Of a DNA stretch of 64,000 bases, positions 11,642 to 22,041 are shown piece after piece (positions within the stretch are counted from its first letter, which is position 1; each line of letters opens with the position of its first letter). This DNA comes from Macrostomum lignano (taxonomy: Eukaryota): positions 60,347-124,346 of the forward strand of contig NIVC01003031.1 of NCBI GenBank assembly GCA_002269645.1, given 5' to 3'. Made by a program: the position numbers and the translations under genes. The notes beneath the pieces were generated by a model. It saw only the letters and a program-made list of their open reading frames with translations, made no database searches and was not told where the DNA came from.

Positions 11642-13703
11642 TTATATTGCTACAGGTGGCCTTTCCAAATAAGGAGTAGATGGAAAATTATAACCAAATG
11701 ATGTACTACCACAAACTATTGCTCCACGAATAAAATGTGCCGCATCTGCTCCTCCGGTTTGAGCACCAAGGTCCAAACCCCATAAGAGTTTCGGATTTAT
11801 CTAGATCTCCCCAAGTTCCACTATCATACGTAAAAACATTTTGCCCAATTAGTGTCAAAGAATCTCCTGCAACATTGTATGAGCTTAACTGATACCAAAC
11901 TCTTTGATTAAGAATATTAATTTCAAAAAGATGCCAATCGCTATTATCAATATTGGCATAGGTTACAGTTTGGTCGGCGTCATTTAGAACGTCATTGCGG
12001 ACGGTTGCTCCGTCAGCTTTTTTATTACTCTTTTTTTAAAGCAAGCCGAATCTGTCATGCCATTCACTAGCAAACACTATTAAGCCGGCGTCGGTTGTTA
12101 AACCAGATCCATTTTCCGTTGTTGGTCGTTGGTGGCAGTAAGCATAAAACCAAACGGCGTCTGCACCAGCTCCACCACTAGCAGCATTAGCAACTCGGAA
12201 ATAGAAGGAGGCAGAAACATTACGGAAATGGGTGAAATTAAATTGTAAAGCTCCATTGAGTCCAGAGCCTTCGTCAGTAATTCTTGCACCGTTTTGATAA
12301 TCAATATAAATCGCATTTCCAACCATAGACCCAGTTGGAAAAATATCACCAGCAGCTGTTGGGTTTTGATAGCCATTCCAATTACATATTACTGGCTCAT
12401 ATAAAGCGGCATCAATTGCCGGAATACCATCCAATTTAATTTTATCATTAAAAGACATTCTACCGTCCGCCGTTTGTGTTACAACCGTATCAACATAACC
12501 TTTAGTCACAACAGAAGTATTATCGTTTATAGTTGAGATATTAGTAATTGTATTACCACCCATGTCAATAGACTGATTTACTGCTCCTAAATTCAAATCA
12601 ATAACGGTAAAGGTCTGTCTGTAAATCTGAAATGTTGATAAGCCTGGATTGGTTGAACCCGATGTTGATGTAAGACAAAACAATCTGAAATATGAATATT
12701 CTTTATCAAAATTTTGTGTGACATTAAATGTTTGGGTTGAATTATTTAACTCCACCGAACTCGTTGCCGGAATCAAAACATCATAACTTGTATTGTCATT
12801 ACTTCCTTCAAATCGCCATGAAGCAGGGTGCTCGGTTGAGGGTGATGGTCTACCACGCAAATCAATTTTATAACACATTATCGCGGATGGACATTGGACT
12901 TGAATCCAGTAATCTGTTTGTGTTGCATTAGTTGCCCAATCCGTTGCGTCATCCCCATCAAAAGCTTTCCAACTTGCAAAGCTGGTTGTATTAAATGCCG
13001 TGCTTGCTGTAATCGCAAAACCACTACCACTCCAAGCAGCCATTGTTGGTACATGTCCAGGTTCAACAGTTTGGAACCTATCTTGTTTTGGGGCTCCGCC
13101 CCCAACTAAATTATCAACCTCTGTTTTGGTATAAGAATCGGTTATATTACATTTCAAATTTAATGAATTATCTATTTCAGTTTTGTTATAAGAATCCGCG
13201 ATATTCCGTTTCAAATTTAATGAGTTATCTATTTCAGTTTTGTTATAAGAATCGGTTATATCTCTTTTTAAATTTAAGGAGTTATCTATTTCAGTTTTGT
13301 TATAAGAATCGGTTATGTCTCTTTTTAAATTTAATGAATTATCTATTTCCGTTTTTGTATATGAATCCGCGACATTCCGTTTTAAATTAAGTTCGGAATC
13401 AACTTCGGCTTGACTATAAGAATCTAATATATTACGTTTTAAATTTAATGAATTATCTATTTCCGTCTTGCTATATGAATCCGCAGTATTGCGTTTTAAA
13501 TTTAATGAATTATCAATTTGAGTTTTGGTATAGGAATCTGCAACATTCCGTTTTAAATTTAATTTAGTATAAACTTCACTTTTTTTATAACCTTCGTCTT
13601 CATTTATATATCTGTTATCTGCAAAGGAAACATTAATGCCAGTTGATTCTCCACCGCCAGTTCTTGAAGTTCCATTCCATGAGGGTGTTCCACTAAATAA
13701 CAT
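11642..13703 (-). pseudogene. Putative virion fibre/receptor-binding protein: 19-aa shaft repeats, F5/8-type-C (discoidin)-like domain, legume-lectin-like domain
   Basis: About 7 repeats of KR(N/D)IxDSYxKTEIDNSLNL; KAFDGDxxTxW...WxFEGSND motif; IDMGGNTITN...TKGYVD; SASFYF..GADAVWF and GAQTGG..H motifs. In-frame TAA at 12036-12038 and a frameshift near 11770 extend the ORF to 11642. Confidence 0.75.
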
Positions 13704-13726
13704 TTTTAGAGTCTATTTTTACCATA

Positions 13727-14161
13727 TTAAAATGAATCCAATATGTTTTTAAAATCCTCTGGGGTATTGTTCGAGTTGTTTATTTTATATAAAAAATACA
13801 ACGCCGCCTGTCCGCAATAACTTTTATCAAAGGTTTGAAACTGTTCGTGATAATCTCCACATAATCGATTTTTAGTATGGTTAAATTTGTCTTTTATTTC
13901 CTGCAATGGAGGAAGGGCATATGAATCAAAAAAAGAAACAAGTTTGGGTTTTGAATAAACTGCTGACCAATGTACACCATTTTCTTTTGTCGTTTCAATA
14001 TTTACAATAAAGGATCCATATTTTGGTAAGTCTTTTATCTCATCGCGCATAACACATCTGAATGGTTTTATTTTTAATTGTCTCGCCCAGTTTGTTAATT
14101 CAATATTACTTGTTGTGTCCATTCCATATCTTTGTTTGAACTGGTTCCAGCTCATAGTCAT
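13727..14161 (-). CDS. Adenain-like cysteine maturation protease
   Basis: GVHW, FFDSY and Q-x5-CG catalytic motifs in Polinton/adenovirus protease order; intact. Confidence 0.93.
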   Translation of the reverse strand: MTMSWNQFKQRYGMDTTSNIELTNWARQLKIKPFRCVMRDEIKDLPKYGSFIVNIETTKENGVHWSAVYSKPKLVSFFDSYALPPLQEIKDKFNHTKNRLCGDYHEQFQTFDKSYCGQAALYFLYKINNSNNTPEDFKNILDSF

Positions 14162-14340
14162 TTTATGCTCCTGAAAAACTCTTTGTTTTTGTTAGTTTCT
14201 TATCTGTAGGTTTTAATAGTTCCTGTCTGGTTTTAACAGCTTGTAAATGTTTCAATTTTGTTAGTTCGATTTCATAATTATCTTTTGCTTTTTGAACTTT
14301 TACCATTTGTTTTTTTATATTATTACCCATTTTTAAGATT

Positions 14341-15126
14341 CTAAACCTGTTTTATTCTTAAAATTACTGTTATTGCTTGTCCACCAAAACTAATAAGTCG
14401 ATCCGAATCATTTACAACTCTTATATAAATTGATTGTAAATTATATTGATTTAAAGGATAATAAATTGGGGTTTGGGGTGCAACTATCATTTTATCTCCA
14501 ATTGGCACGGCTAGAAATGGAATTGAATAAATAATTCCGCGCTGAACTAAAAATCCATTATCATCTGTTATATAACCACCATTTGAAATATCGGTTGTAA
14601 TATTAATTGTGTTGACTCCGCCTTCAATGTTTCCCACGGTATCGCCCGTGGTTGATGCGGTAACGATTCGGGAGTTAAATCCCAGTATGGTTCTAAGTGA
14701 ATTTGCAACTGTAAAATCGACCTGATATCCGGCTGCTAACGTAAGTGTGAATCTGCCTGATGGTAAATCAACTCATATAACAATCGCGTCTGCTACCCAA
14801 TCACCATTATCTGTTAACTCAGCTTGTATTACAGTATTCAAATCAGTATAGTTATATGCGCCCGGTGTTATAGTAATGGTTGTCCAATTTGCTCCTGAAT
14901 CTTTAGAATATCTAAATTGATTATTTGTTGCATTAATCAATTGAGGCATGTTAAAAACTGAAAACATTATTAAACCAATTTCATAACTTAATGTCTGATC
15001 AAGAGTTAGTGGGTTACGTAATTGAATCCTTTGCTTGCTGCTTGTCATTACAAATTGTAAAGTCGTACTAAATCTTGCGTTGGTTCTATCAACCACTTGT
15101 TTAAGAACATCTAAATTAGAGGCCAT
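14341..15126 (-). pseudogene. Minor capsid protein (penton, single jelly-roll)
   Basis: ORFs 14773-15126 and 14341-14637 share a frame and are linked by open sequence after one TGA (14773-14775). ITPGAYN and C-terminal YYPL..SIYIRVVN..RLISFGG..ITVILRIK patterns are typical of Polinton pentons. Confidence 0.85.
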
Positions 15127-15141
15127 TTTTATAGTGGGAAT

Positions 15142-15908
15142 TTATTCGTCCTCTTCCTCATCCTCCTGTATCAAATTTTGTAAAATTCTATGTTTCCTTT
15201 CTAACCTAGGATTGATATATATGTGTTTGTATTGGCTATCATCCCAAATTTTTTTACACGTACTTTTGAATGGTTTTGTATCTAAACCGGGGTTAAATCT
15301 CGCATGTATATTTTGTAAATCATAGTTATCTAGATCAAACATTACGCAACAGCTAGCATTCTTTTTTATAATTGAATCTAATTCTCTAAAGGATTGAGTA
15401 AGATAAAATGCACCAATTCCATCTCCTCTACCACTAACAAAAATTTCTTTTTGCAATTCTTGATCGCCATCATTAATACAATCGTCAAATACAATTAATG
15501 TTTTATCGTCTTTTGGAATTTGATCATAGTGTAATCGTGTTGATATTTTAAACGTTGGGGAGTTGTTGTCGACGTTTTCTGGATTCTGCGCAGTTTCTCT
15601 ACATAAACCCTCAATGTCAGAAAGTTTGAATTTTGGTTCATCGTCGTCCTCATATTGCTCATATGCTCTTAACATTCTAAACATGATATCTTTTTTTAAT
15701 TTATTTTTTAATCCATGTTTAAGAAATTCATAATATTTTATTCTTGGTTTGTTTGTATATATTATTAAATTATTATAATCTAACATTCCGTTGGTTGTTA
15801 ATTTAACATTGTTAATGTTAATGTTGTTTTTCCTTTACCTGATCCTCCAATCACTAAACAAAGAAAAGGGTCATTTGGAAATATTTTATTATGTTTTGGC
15901 TTTACCAT
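15142..15908 (-). pseudogene. A32/FtsK-like genome packaging ATPase, frameshifted
   Basis: Upstream frame MVKPKHNKIFPNDPFLCLVIGGSGKGKT (Walker A) shifts near 15800 into the annotated ORF with LIVFDDC (Walker B), GRGDGI and LTQSF. Confidence 0.92.
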
Positions 15909-15927
15909 TTTTAAGGATATAATTTAA

Positions 15928-17409
15928 CTAATTTTTTCCTATAGGGGCTTCCTGAACAACGGTGCCGTCGGCTTTAGCAATCGCCATATACTCCTCTAGA
16001 ATCAATGCGTGGGCGTCCACTGCCTGATTTCCGGTTTTATTAATCTCCAATATATAATTCAAACCAACATTTGATGTATTTTCTTTCTGTGCGGTTAGAT
16101 CAAAAACAACCACGGGGTGAATGTTTAGAAACTCTGTGGGAGTATATTGAGGAATGGCGTAGGCTTCGTTTTTGACGTAATCCTGATAATATTTTATAAA
16201 ATCATTAACATCATTATTTCCAACATTTAGATTAAGGGAGTCTTTAACAGGATAATATTGTTGATCAACCTGCAGTCGGATGTTCTGAAGATTAAATGCG
16301 TTAATTGCCGAAAGAGCGTTGTCACTTGCGGTGGCTGCTTGAGCTGCTACATCACCAGATTGAAGCCAATATAAATCACCATTGGCTCTTTTGCTACTTC
16401 TGTTTGTTATTTTAAACCAAACAAATACATACCTCACCCGACAATTTGTTGGTAAGATTTGCCAAAGGAATGAATCCTGATTATTATTAATGGTTCACAT
16501 AAAGTGGCGGCGATTTAAATAAAATATATCCTGGTCTTACATTATCTGATCATTAATATGTTTTAAAAGCGGAGCAGTTACCTCGATAGTTGGCACAACT
16601 AATTGAATCGAAACAATTCGAACTGCAATATCGGTTGAGGTTGAACTTCCAAAAAGTATCCTGGGCTGATATCCACCAGATATTTGCAGCTGTACCCCAA
16701 ATTTTAATCCCTTCCATACCCGATTTGGTGAGATAAACCCAAATAGCGGAAAGATTGAAAAGTCTTGCTCATAAGCGGTTGCGGTAGTTAAAACCGCGAC
16801 TGGGAATTTATTCTGACGATCTATAAAGCCGGTGTTCATATTTTTAGTGTTGGCTAGATCCGTTACAACCGGAACTATATTATTATTTAAATAATTAATA
16901 AGAGCTGCGGTGTCTGCGCCAGCTGCTGGTGTTATTTGGGGAAAAGTCCATGCTCTACCATCTCCCTTATCAGGCATCCATCCAACGCTGTCACCAACCT
17001 GTTTTGATAAATATGTATAATTTAAATGTTTCAAAACTCCATTAATCTCTGCTGGGTTTGTAGACGTCTCAACCGCGGCTCCGTTAATGGATAGTTGTGC
17101 TTGGGAAAAACATTTATAAAGCCAATCATTTTCTATAATAATACCAGCGCGGTCGGCGATATCGGGGGCTGTAAGGGCTGTTCCATCGTTTCTGGTATAC
17201 AACCACCTAACGCGGAAAAACGCATGTTTCATATCCAATATGCTGCTGGTTGCGCCAACGTCAAAATTTACAGCTCCCGTTGTAAAGTTATTTGAATTAT
17301 CGCTTGTTGGTTGGGTATAATTTAAATCTCTTGATCTGACCTCATTAATATACTGTCGGTGTTTTTTGAAATGAAATTTATCACTCCAAATGGTTTTTGT
17401 CTCGGCCAT
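15928..17409 (-). pseudogene. Major capsid protein (double jelly-roll)
   Basis: The two annotated ORFs are in the same frame, separated by TAA (16537-16539) and TGA (16495-16497); about 493 codons, beta-rich, ending ..PVVVFDLT.. as in Polinton MCPs; adjacent to ATPase and penton. Confidence 0.88.
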
Positions 17410-17425
17410 TTTTATAGGTTAAAAA

Positions 17426-18151
17426 ATGAGTCAATTTATGGACGTTGATGGAGAGTTGGCGATTTATAAAGAAAAGCAAAGATATTCCGATTTTGTTAGA
17501 GATTTACAAAAAAAACTGGGAATTCAGTTAGCTGGCGAAAAATTTGCTGCTCCTTTTGTTAATCCTATTGTTGGGAAATTAGGAGAAATAGAAAAGAAAT
17601 AAATATTTGATAACATCAAAAGTGGTTTATTTAGTAAAACCGATTTTATGAATTTATTGGGGAAAACAAATAAAAAAATTGATGATTTGTTTGATTCTGT
17701 AAAAAAGAATGAAGTTAGTTTGGAGGAATTTAAAAAAGAAATTTCTAAACCAGCTAATGTTTTAGAGGAAGAGATTGACACCGAGGGTAGTAAAAGTTTT
17801 TTCGATAGTTATTTAAAAGATGGTGTTCCTAAATCAATACTCGTTGAAAATGAGACCGAGAGTAATATTACAATTGGTGGTAAAAATTTTGATATAAAAA
17901 AATTAAAAGATGAATTAGGAAAAGATGCATTCTATATTATAACACACCCAACTGAGAATCCGTCTAAAGTAGATCGATATACTAAAGAAGATATTAGGAA
18001 AGCTAGAGAGTTTATTGAAAATAAATTGGATACTAGAGCAAAAACTACCAAAATATATAATGAATTAAAAAGAGCTGTTGGAGATGGTTTAAAAACTCCG
18101 CGAAAACTTGTTTTAGCTGCTGCCAAAGCTGCGGGGCATACTGGAGTTTAA
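17426..18151 (+). pseudogene. Polinton hypothetical protein with an internal stop
   Basis: ATG 17426 is in frame with ORF 17648-18151; TAA at 17600-17602. Confidence 0.55.
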
Positions 18152-18174
18152 TTGTTAAATTTGTTTTTTATAAA

Positions 18175-18744
18175 ATGGAAACTAATAAGATTTGTACTAA
18201 GTGTGGTGAAGAGAAACCAATGACTAAAGAATTTTTTATTTGGAGAAATGATTCAAAAAAATTTAGAAATGATTGTCGATTATGTCATAATATTAGTTGT
18301 AGTTTATGGATAAAAAACAATAAAGATAAATGGAATAAATATCGTAGAAACAAATACCAAAATGATGATAATTACAAACTTATTGGATTAATTAGAAATA
18401 GAATAAAAAATCAATTAACCATTTTTAATGATCGGGATCATATTTTCTATCTTGATTGCACTAAAGAATTCTTTATTGATTGGATAAACTTCACAAAACA
18501 TTATTATGTCCCAAAAGATTATACTGGTGTGTTACATGTTGATCATTTTATTCCCGCTTCTTCATATGATTATAGAAATGAAGAAAAAATTAAAAAGTCT
18601 GAGCAATGGAGAAATAAAAGGTACTTATCTGCAGCAGATAATATTTCAAAAAAGGTTAAACAACCAACTATTGAAGAATTAGCAAAACAATTAGTGCTAA
18701 GTTGTATTTTTATGGTTATTAAAAATGAACCAACTTGTGTTTGA
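18175..18744 (+). CDS. HNH-family endonuclease with N-terminal CxxC/CxxC zinc finger (NCLDV-like)
   Basis: CTKC...CRLC, then LHVDHFIPASSYD...WRNKRYLSAADNISK, matching the DHxIP...N...L...N HNH pattern. Confidence 0.75.
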   Translation: METNKICTKCGEEKPMTKEFFIWRNDSKKFRNDCRLCHNISCSLWIKNNKDKWNKYRRNKYQNDDNYKLIGLIRNRIKNQLTIFNDRDHIFYLDCTKEFFIDWINFTKHYYVPKDYTGVLHVDHFIPASSYDYRNEEKIKKSEQWRNKRYLSAADNISKKVKQPTIEELAKQLVLSCIFMVIKNEPTCV

Positions 18745-19996
18745 AGGTGGATTATTGGATGTTCAGAAAGGATTAACAAGCTTACCGCCTATCTTTACTA
18801 CTGGGCGGTATACGAATGAATTACATATTCCAGGTTATTCCTATGCAGGTCCCGGGACTCGGTTGGATTTAAGGTTAAATCCTGATGACACTCCAAAATC
18901 AGATTCGATTCCCATTAACGGTATTGATTGGTTAGCATATTATCATGACTTAGCATACAGAGATGCTGATAAGAACTCTCCTGAGGAAGCATTGAGATTA
19001 AAGCATGAAGCCGATAGAAAAATGATTGAAGGATTAGATAATTTACAGGGGTTGTCGGTAAGCCAAAGATTAACTCGGTGGATGGTTAAAAAGATTTTGC
19101 AGTCTAAAGTTAAATTTGGTTTAGGAATTAATTACAACCAGCATGGAAATAATTGTGTAGAATGTTTGTTATTAAGTGGTGGTGGGTTAAGTTATGATGA
19201 GGCAAAGATTCTTCACAAAGAATACCGAAAACCGAAATTTTATCGAAAGATCATGAACTTTAAAAAGAATGAAATTTGGTATGCTGATTTAATGGCAATG
19301 CCGTCCGATTGGGGATATAAATATATTTTAACTGTATTAGATGGTTTTACTCGATATGCGTGGGCTGTTCCTTTGAAATTCAAAAAAGGAGAGGAGGTTG
19401 CTTCTGCTTTTAGAAGTATTGGAGAAAAAAGTGAACGTTTATGTGTTGATGAAGGAAAGGAATTTTACAATCCACATATGTATAGATTATATCATTTTGA
19501 AAAAGGAAAAGAAAGGATAAAGGGCGCAAATGGTGAGTATATTAATAAAATTTATTCTATTTATGGCGAAAGCAAAAACGCACTGATTGAAAGATTTAAT
19601 CGAACTTTAGGTAAGAAATTATGGTTTCAGTTTAGTCTTAATGGTAACCAAAAGTGGGTAAAAATATTACCAGACGTAGTGAAAGATTATAATAATTCAT
19701 TTCATTCGGCTATAAATATGACTCCACAACACGCTTATAACAATCCTGAAAAAGTTAAAGTTACTTTTGGAGAATTCGAAAAAAAGAAAACTAAACCTTT
19801 TAAAGTTGGTGATTCTGTTTATGTCTATAAATGGAAAGATAAGTTTGAAAAGGGAAGAAAAGGATATTGGAAAATAAGTGAGAAATTTACTGTTAGTAAA
19901 GTTTTAAATACAAATCCTACAACCTATATCATTGCTGATAAAGATGGTGAAGAAATATTGGGTTCGTTTTATGAGAACCAATTAATGTTAGTTTAA
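18725..19996 (+). CDS. Parvovirus-type phospholipase A2 fused to retroviral-like (rve) integrase
   Basis: N-terminal PGYSYAGPG...D.LAYYHDLAY (Ca-binding loop plus catalytic HD). C-terminal WYADL / VDEGKEF / IERFNRTL (D,D,E). One uninterrupted 423-aa frame. Confidence 0.92.
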   Translation: MNQLVFEGGLLDVQKGLTSLPPIFTTGRYTNELHIPGYSYAGPGTRLDLRLNPDDTPKSDSIPINGIDWLAYYHDLAYRDADKNSPEEALRLKHEADRKMIEGLDNLQGLSVSQRLTRWMVKKILQSKVKFGLGINYNQHGNNCVECLLLSGGGLSYDEAKILHKEYRKPKFYRKIMNFKKNEIWYADLMAMPSDWGYKYILTVLDGFTRYAWAVPLKFKKGEEVASAFRSIGEKSERLCVDEGKEFYNPHMYRLYHFEKGKERIKGANGEYINKIYSIYGESKNALIERFNRTLGKKLWFQFSLNGNQKWVKILPDVVKDYNNSFHSAINMTPQHAYNNPEKVKVTFGEFEKKKTKPFKVGDSVYVYKWKDKFEKGRKGYWKISEKFTVSKVLNTNPTTYIIADKDGEEILGSFYENQLMLV

Positions 19997-20404
19997 TTTT
20001 TTATCTTCTGTTAATAAAGTTTTTGAAGCTAATTTTTTTTTAAATATTCATATCATTAATTGCAAGTTTATTTTTTAATTCTTCATCTGTTAACATATTT
20101 TTTAATGGTTTATAATCTGACTATTTGAAAGTTTCAGTTATTTCTTCAAGATTGTTATGAATAAAAAAGATATAAAAATCTAGATTATGTCTTTGTTCAT
20201 TATTATTCAAATATTCACTAATATGAACTTCTATGGCTTTGTTATGTTTTTTGGGAATTCGTTTTTTAGATCTTTAATTTCATCTGTGGTTAATGGGTAT
20301 ATTTTTACTCCTCGAATTTCTACGTATTTTATTAAGCCATTTATTATCATATTTTTTATATCTACAACCTTATCAAAGAGATAATTGGGTAGATCTTGTT
20401 TATT

Positions 20405-20734
20405 TTATGGGGGTAATTGATCTGTGATAATAGTTTTTATTGGAGTAGAATATTCTTTATATTTAAGATTAAGATCAATCTTAAATCTCGTTGGATAATG
20501 ATTTGATTGTGTAGGTAGTTGATAATTATTCAAATATGTAACCAAAGCAATAACATCATCTTTAAGATGACGACCAAAATTTACAATAGTGTTTTTAATT
20601 TTATATAGTAGTTGCTTAATTTCAGATGGTTTTAATGGATATATTTTTTCTCCTTCTAATAGTACAATTTTTAATAAACCATCATTTATCTTCTGTTTTA
20701 GATCTTTTAACCTTTGATCAATTTCTGATTCCAT
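20405..20734 (-). CDS. Hypothetical protein, member of a local paralogue family
   Basis: 109-aa ORF with TAAAAATG start; LKQKINDGLLKIV..KIYPL motif shared with neighbours. Confidence 0.6.
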   Translation of the reverse strand: MESEIDQRLKDLKQKINDGLLKIVLLEGEKIYPLKPSEIKQLLYKIKNTIVNFGRHLKDDVIALVTYLNNYQLPTQSNHYPTRFKIDLNLKYKEYSTPIKTIITDQLPP

Positions 20735-20946
20735 TTTTATGGATAAATTTTAAATAATACTTACTTGAGGCAACAAGGTAATAAATTTTTTTATAACAAA
20801 CAAAAGCAATATTATTATTATTATAGTTACTAATATCATTATCAACAATTGTTCAACTGTAACAAGACTTAAATTTTCTTTAAGTTCATTAATTGGCACG
20901 TTTCCTATGTAAGAATAATTTATGTTCATTTTTTAAGTTATATTTT

Positions 20947-21261
20947 TCACATAAAAATTTCGTTTTCATTATCCGATTCACTAGTTTCATAAGAACTATT
21001 TGTTGATTCAGAATCTGTTGACCTAACCTCCCAATCCTCGGAATTTAAATAATCTCCAAGTTGAAATATTAACTCACCCTCTTGTTCTAAATCATACAGC
21101 CCATCCAACTCTAACGGATAAAGTTTTAGTTCGCTTCCGTCGTCATATTTTAAATAAACTTCATCAATTATTCCATTCAATATGTGCTGTTTTATTATCT
21201 CTGCATTTTTAGTAACAGTCTCAAAAGTATCGCTTACTGAAAAGTTGTAAACTCGGTTCAT
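20947..21261 (-). CDS. Hypothetical acidic protein, member of the same paralogue family
   Basis: 104-aa ORF with IKQHILNGIIDEV..KLYPL; the start lies within TTTTCTGTTACTAAAAATG. Confidence 0.6.
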   Translation of the reverse strand: MNRVYNFSVSDTFETVTKNAEIIKQHILNGIIDEVYLKYDDGSELKLYPLELDGLYDLEQEGELIFQLGDYLNSEDWEVRSTDSESTNSSYETSESDNENEIFM

Positions 21262-21280
21262 TTTTAGTAACAGAAAAAAA

Positions 21281-21349
21281 GACCCTTCGCGCCTGCGGCG
21301 TGGGCGACGGGTTATAAGTGTGTTTGTGTGTAGTAATAGGGAAATGTAC
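21281..21349 (-). repeat. Polinton TIR segment (right); homology stops abruptly at 21349
   Basis: gacccttcgcgcctgcggcg...gtagtaatagggaaatgtac is the reverse complement of 3546-3614. Confidence 0.9.
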
Positions 21350-22041
21350 TAGGGACTAGTCAGCTGTTGTAATCCGTTGAAGGTGCTGACGGCGTCCGGG
21401 TGATAACTGAATGCTCTAGAGACTAGCTGAGGATGTCCAGCAGTTGAGGCTTGCCCACTCTGTCGAGGCTTGATCAGCGAAACTAGCTGAGAAATTTGAA
21501 CAGCGTGTCCATATACATGTAGACACCTGTTGCAACTTGTTGAAGGTCCAGAAGCTCCGCCTGGGTGAAGGCTAGTGACCAACAAAGTCAAGTAAATCTG
21601 ATGCAGACACAATGTAGTAGACGTGCCGACGAAATTTGGAGACTTGGCAGGCTGCACTGAGTCAGCAGTTATTGGCGCACAGGGTGTAATACACTGGCGC
21701 TTATGGGAAAATCCGACCATCTGCAGGCAGAATCATCGAATATCTCGAAGGTCCAGAGGGCTGGCGACGACTTGATTCTTGTTCGAGAAGGTGCGTAGCA
21801 AAAAGTAAGCCCGTGTTCTTGAATTTCGTGCGCCCGCGTTGCTCCGTGTCGGCGCATCAAAAAATGTCAGCTGGGGTGGGGGTTCCCTGTTCTACTGTTA
21901 ATAATAGAACAGTAATATTAATATATAGTAATAAAAGGAATATAGTAATACGATCGTAATCATCTTATTATCATTATTAATAGTAATAATTTCAATAATA
22001 GTCTTAATAATATTGGAATAATAAAACATTTGGTATTTTTA

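Larger units (their letters stand above)
3269..21349. mobile_element. Polinton/Maverick (adintovirus-like) endogenous element, decayed, right end truncated
   Basis: Starts with AGTAGTAGGG (AGT-type Polinton terminus). Inverted match 3546-3614 vs 21281-21349. Full core gene set: pPolB, rve integrase, adenain-like protease, packaging ATPase, major and minor capsid proteins. Uniformly AT-rich and gene-dense. No matching 6-bp TSD found (left flank CAAGTC). Confidence 0.95.

Noticed and set aside
4699-17602. Stop-codon reassignment or readthrough in the Polinton
   Set aside because: TAA, TAG and TGA all occur as internal stops and as normal terminators, alongside frameshifts; decay is the simpler explanation.
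17603-19996. Selective preservation (domestication) of HNH and PLA2-integrase
   Set aside because: At roughly one lesion per kb, an intact 2.4-kb stretch is not unlikely enough; dN/dS across orthologous loci would be needed.
3269-21349. Bacterial prophage or contaminant contig
   Set aside because: The gene set (rve integrase, adenain, pPolB, A32 ATPase) is Polinton-type, and the element is embedded among animal transposons and satellites.
21349-21860. ORFs 21349-21720 and 21669-21860, and short matches (ctagggactag, aaagtcaagtaaat) to the LINE fragments
   Set aside because: No recognisable motif; the two short matches imply opposite strands and may be chance.
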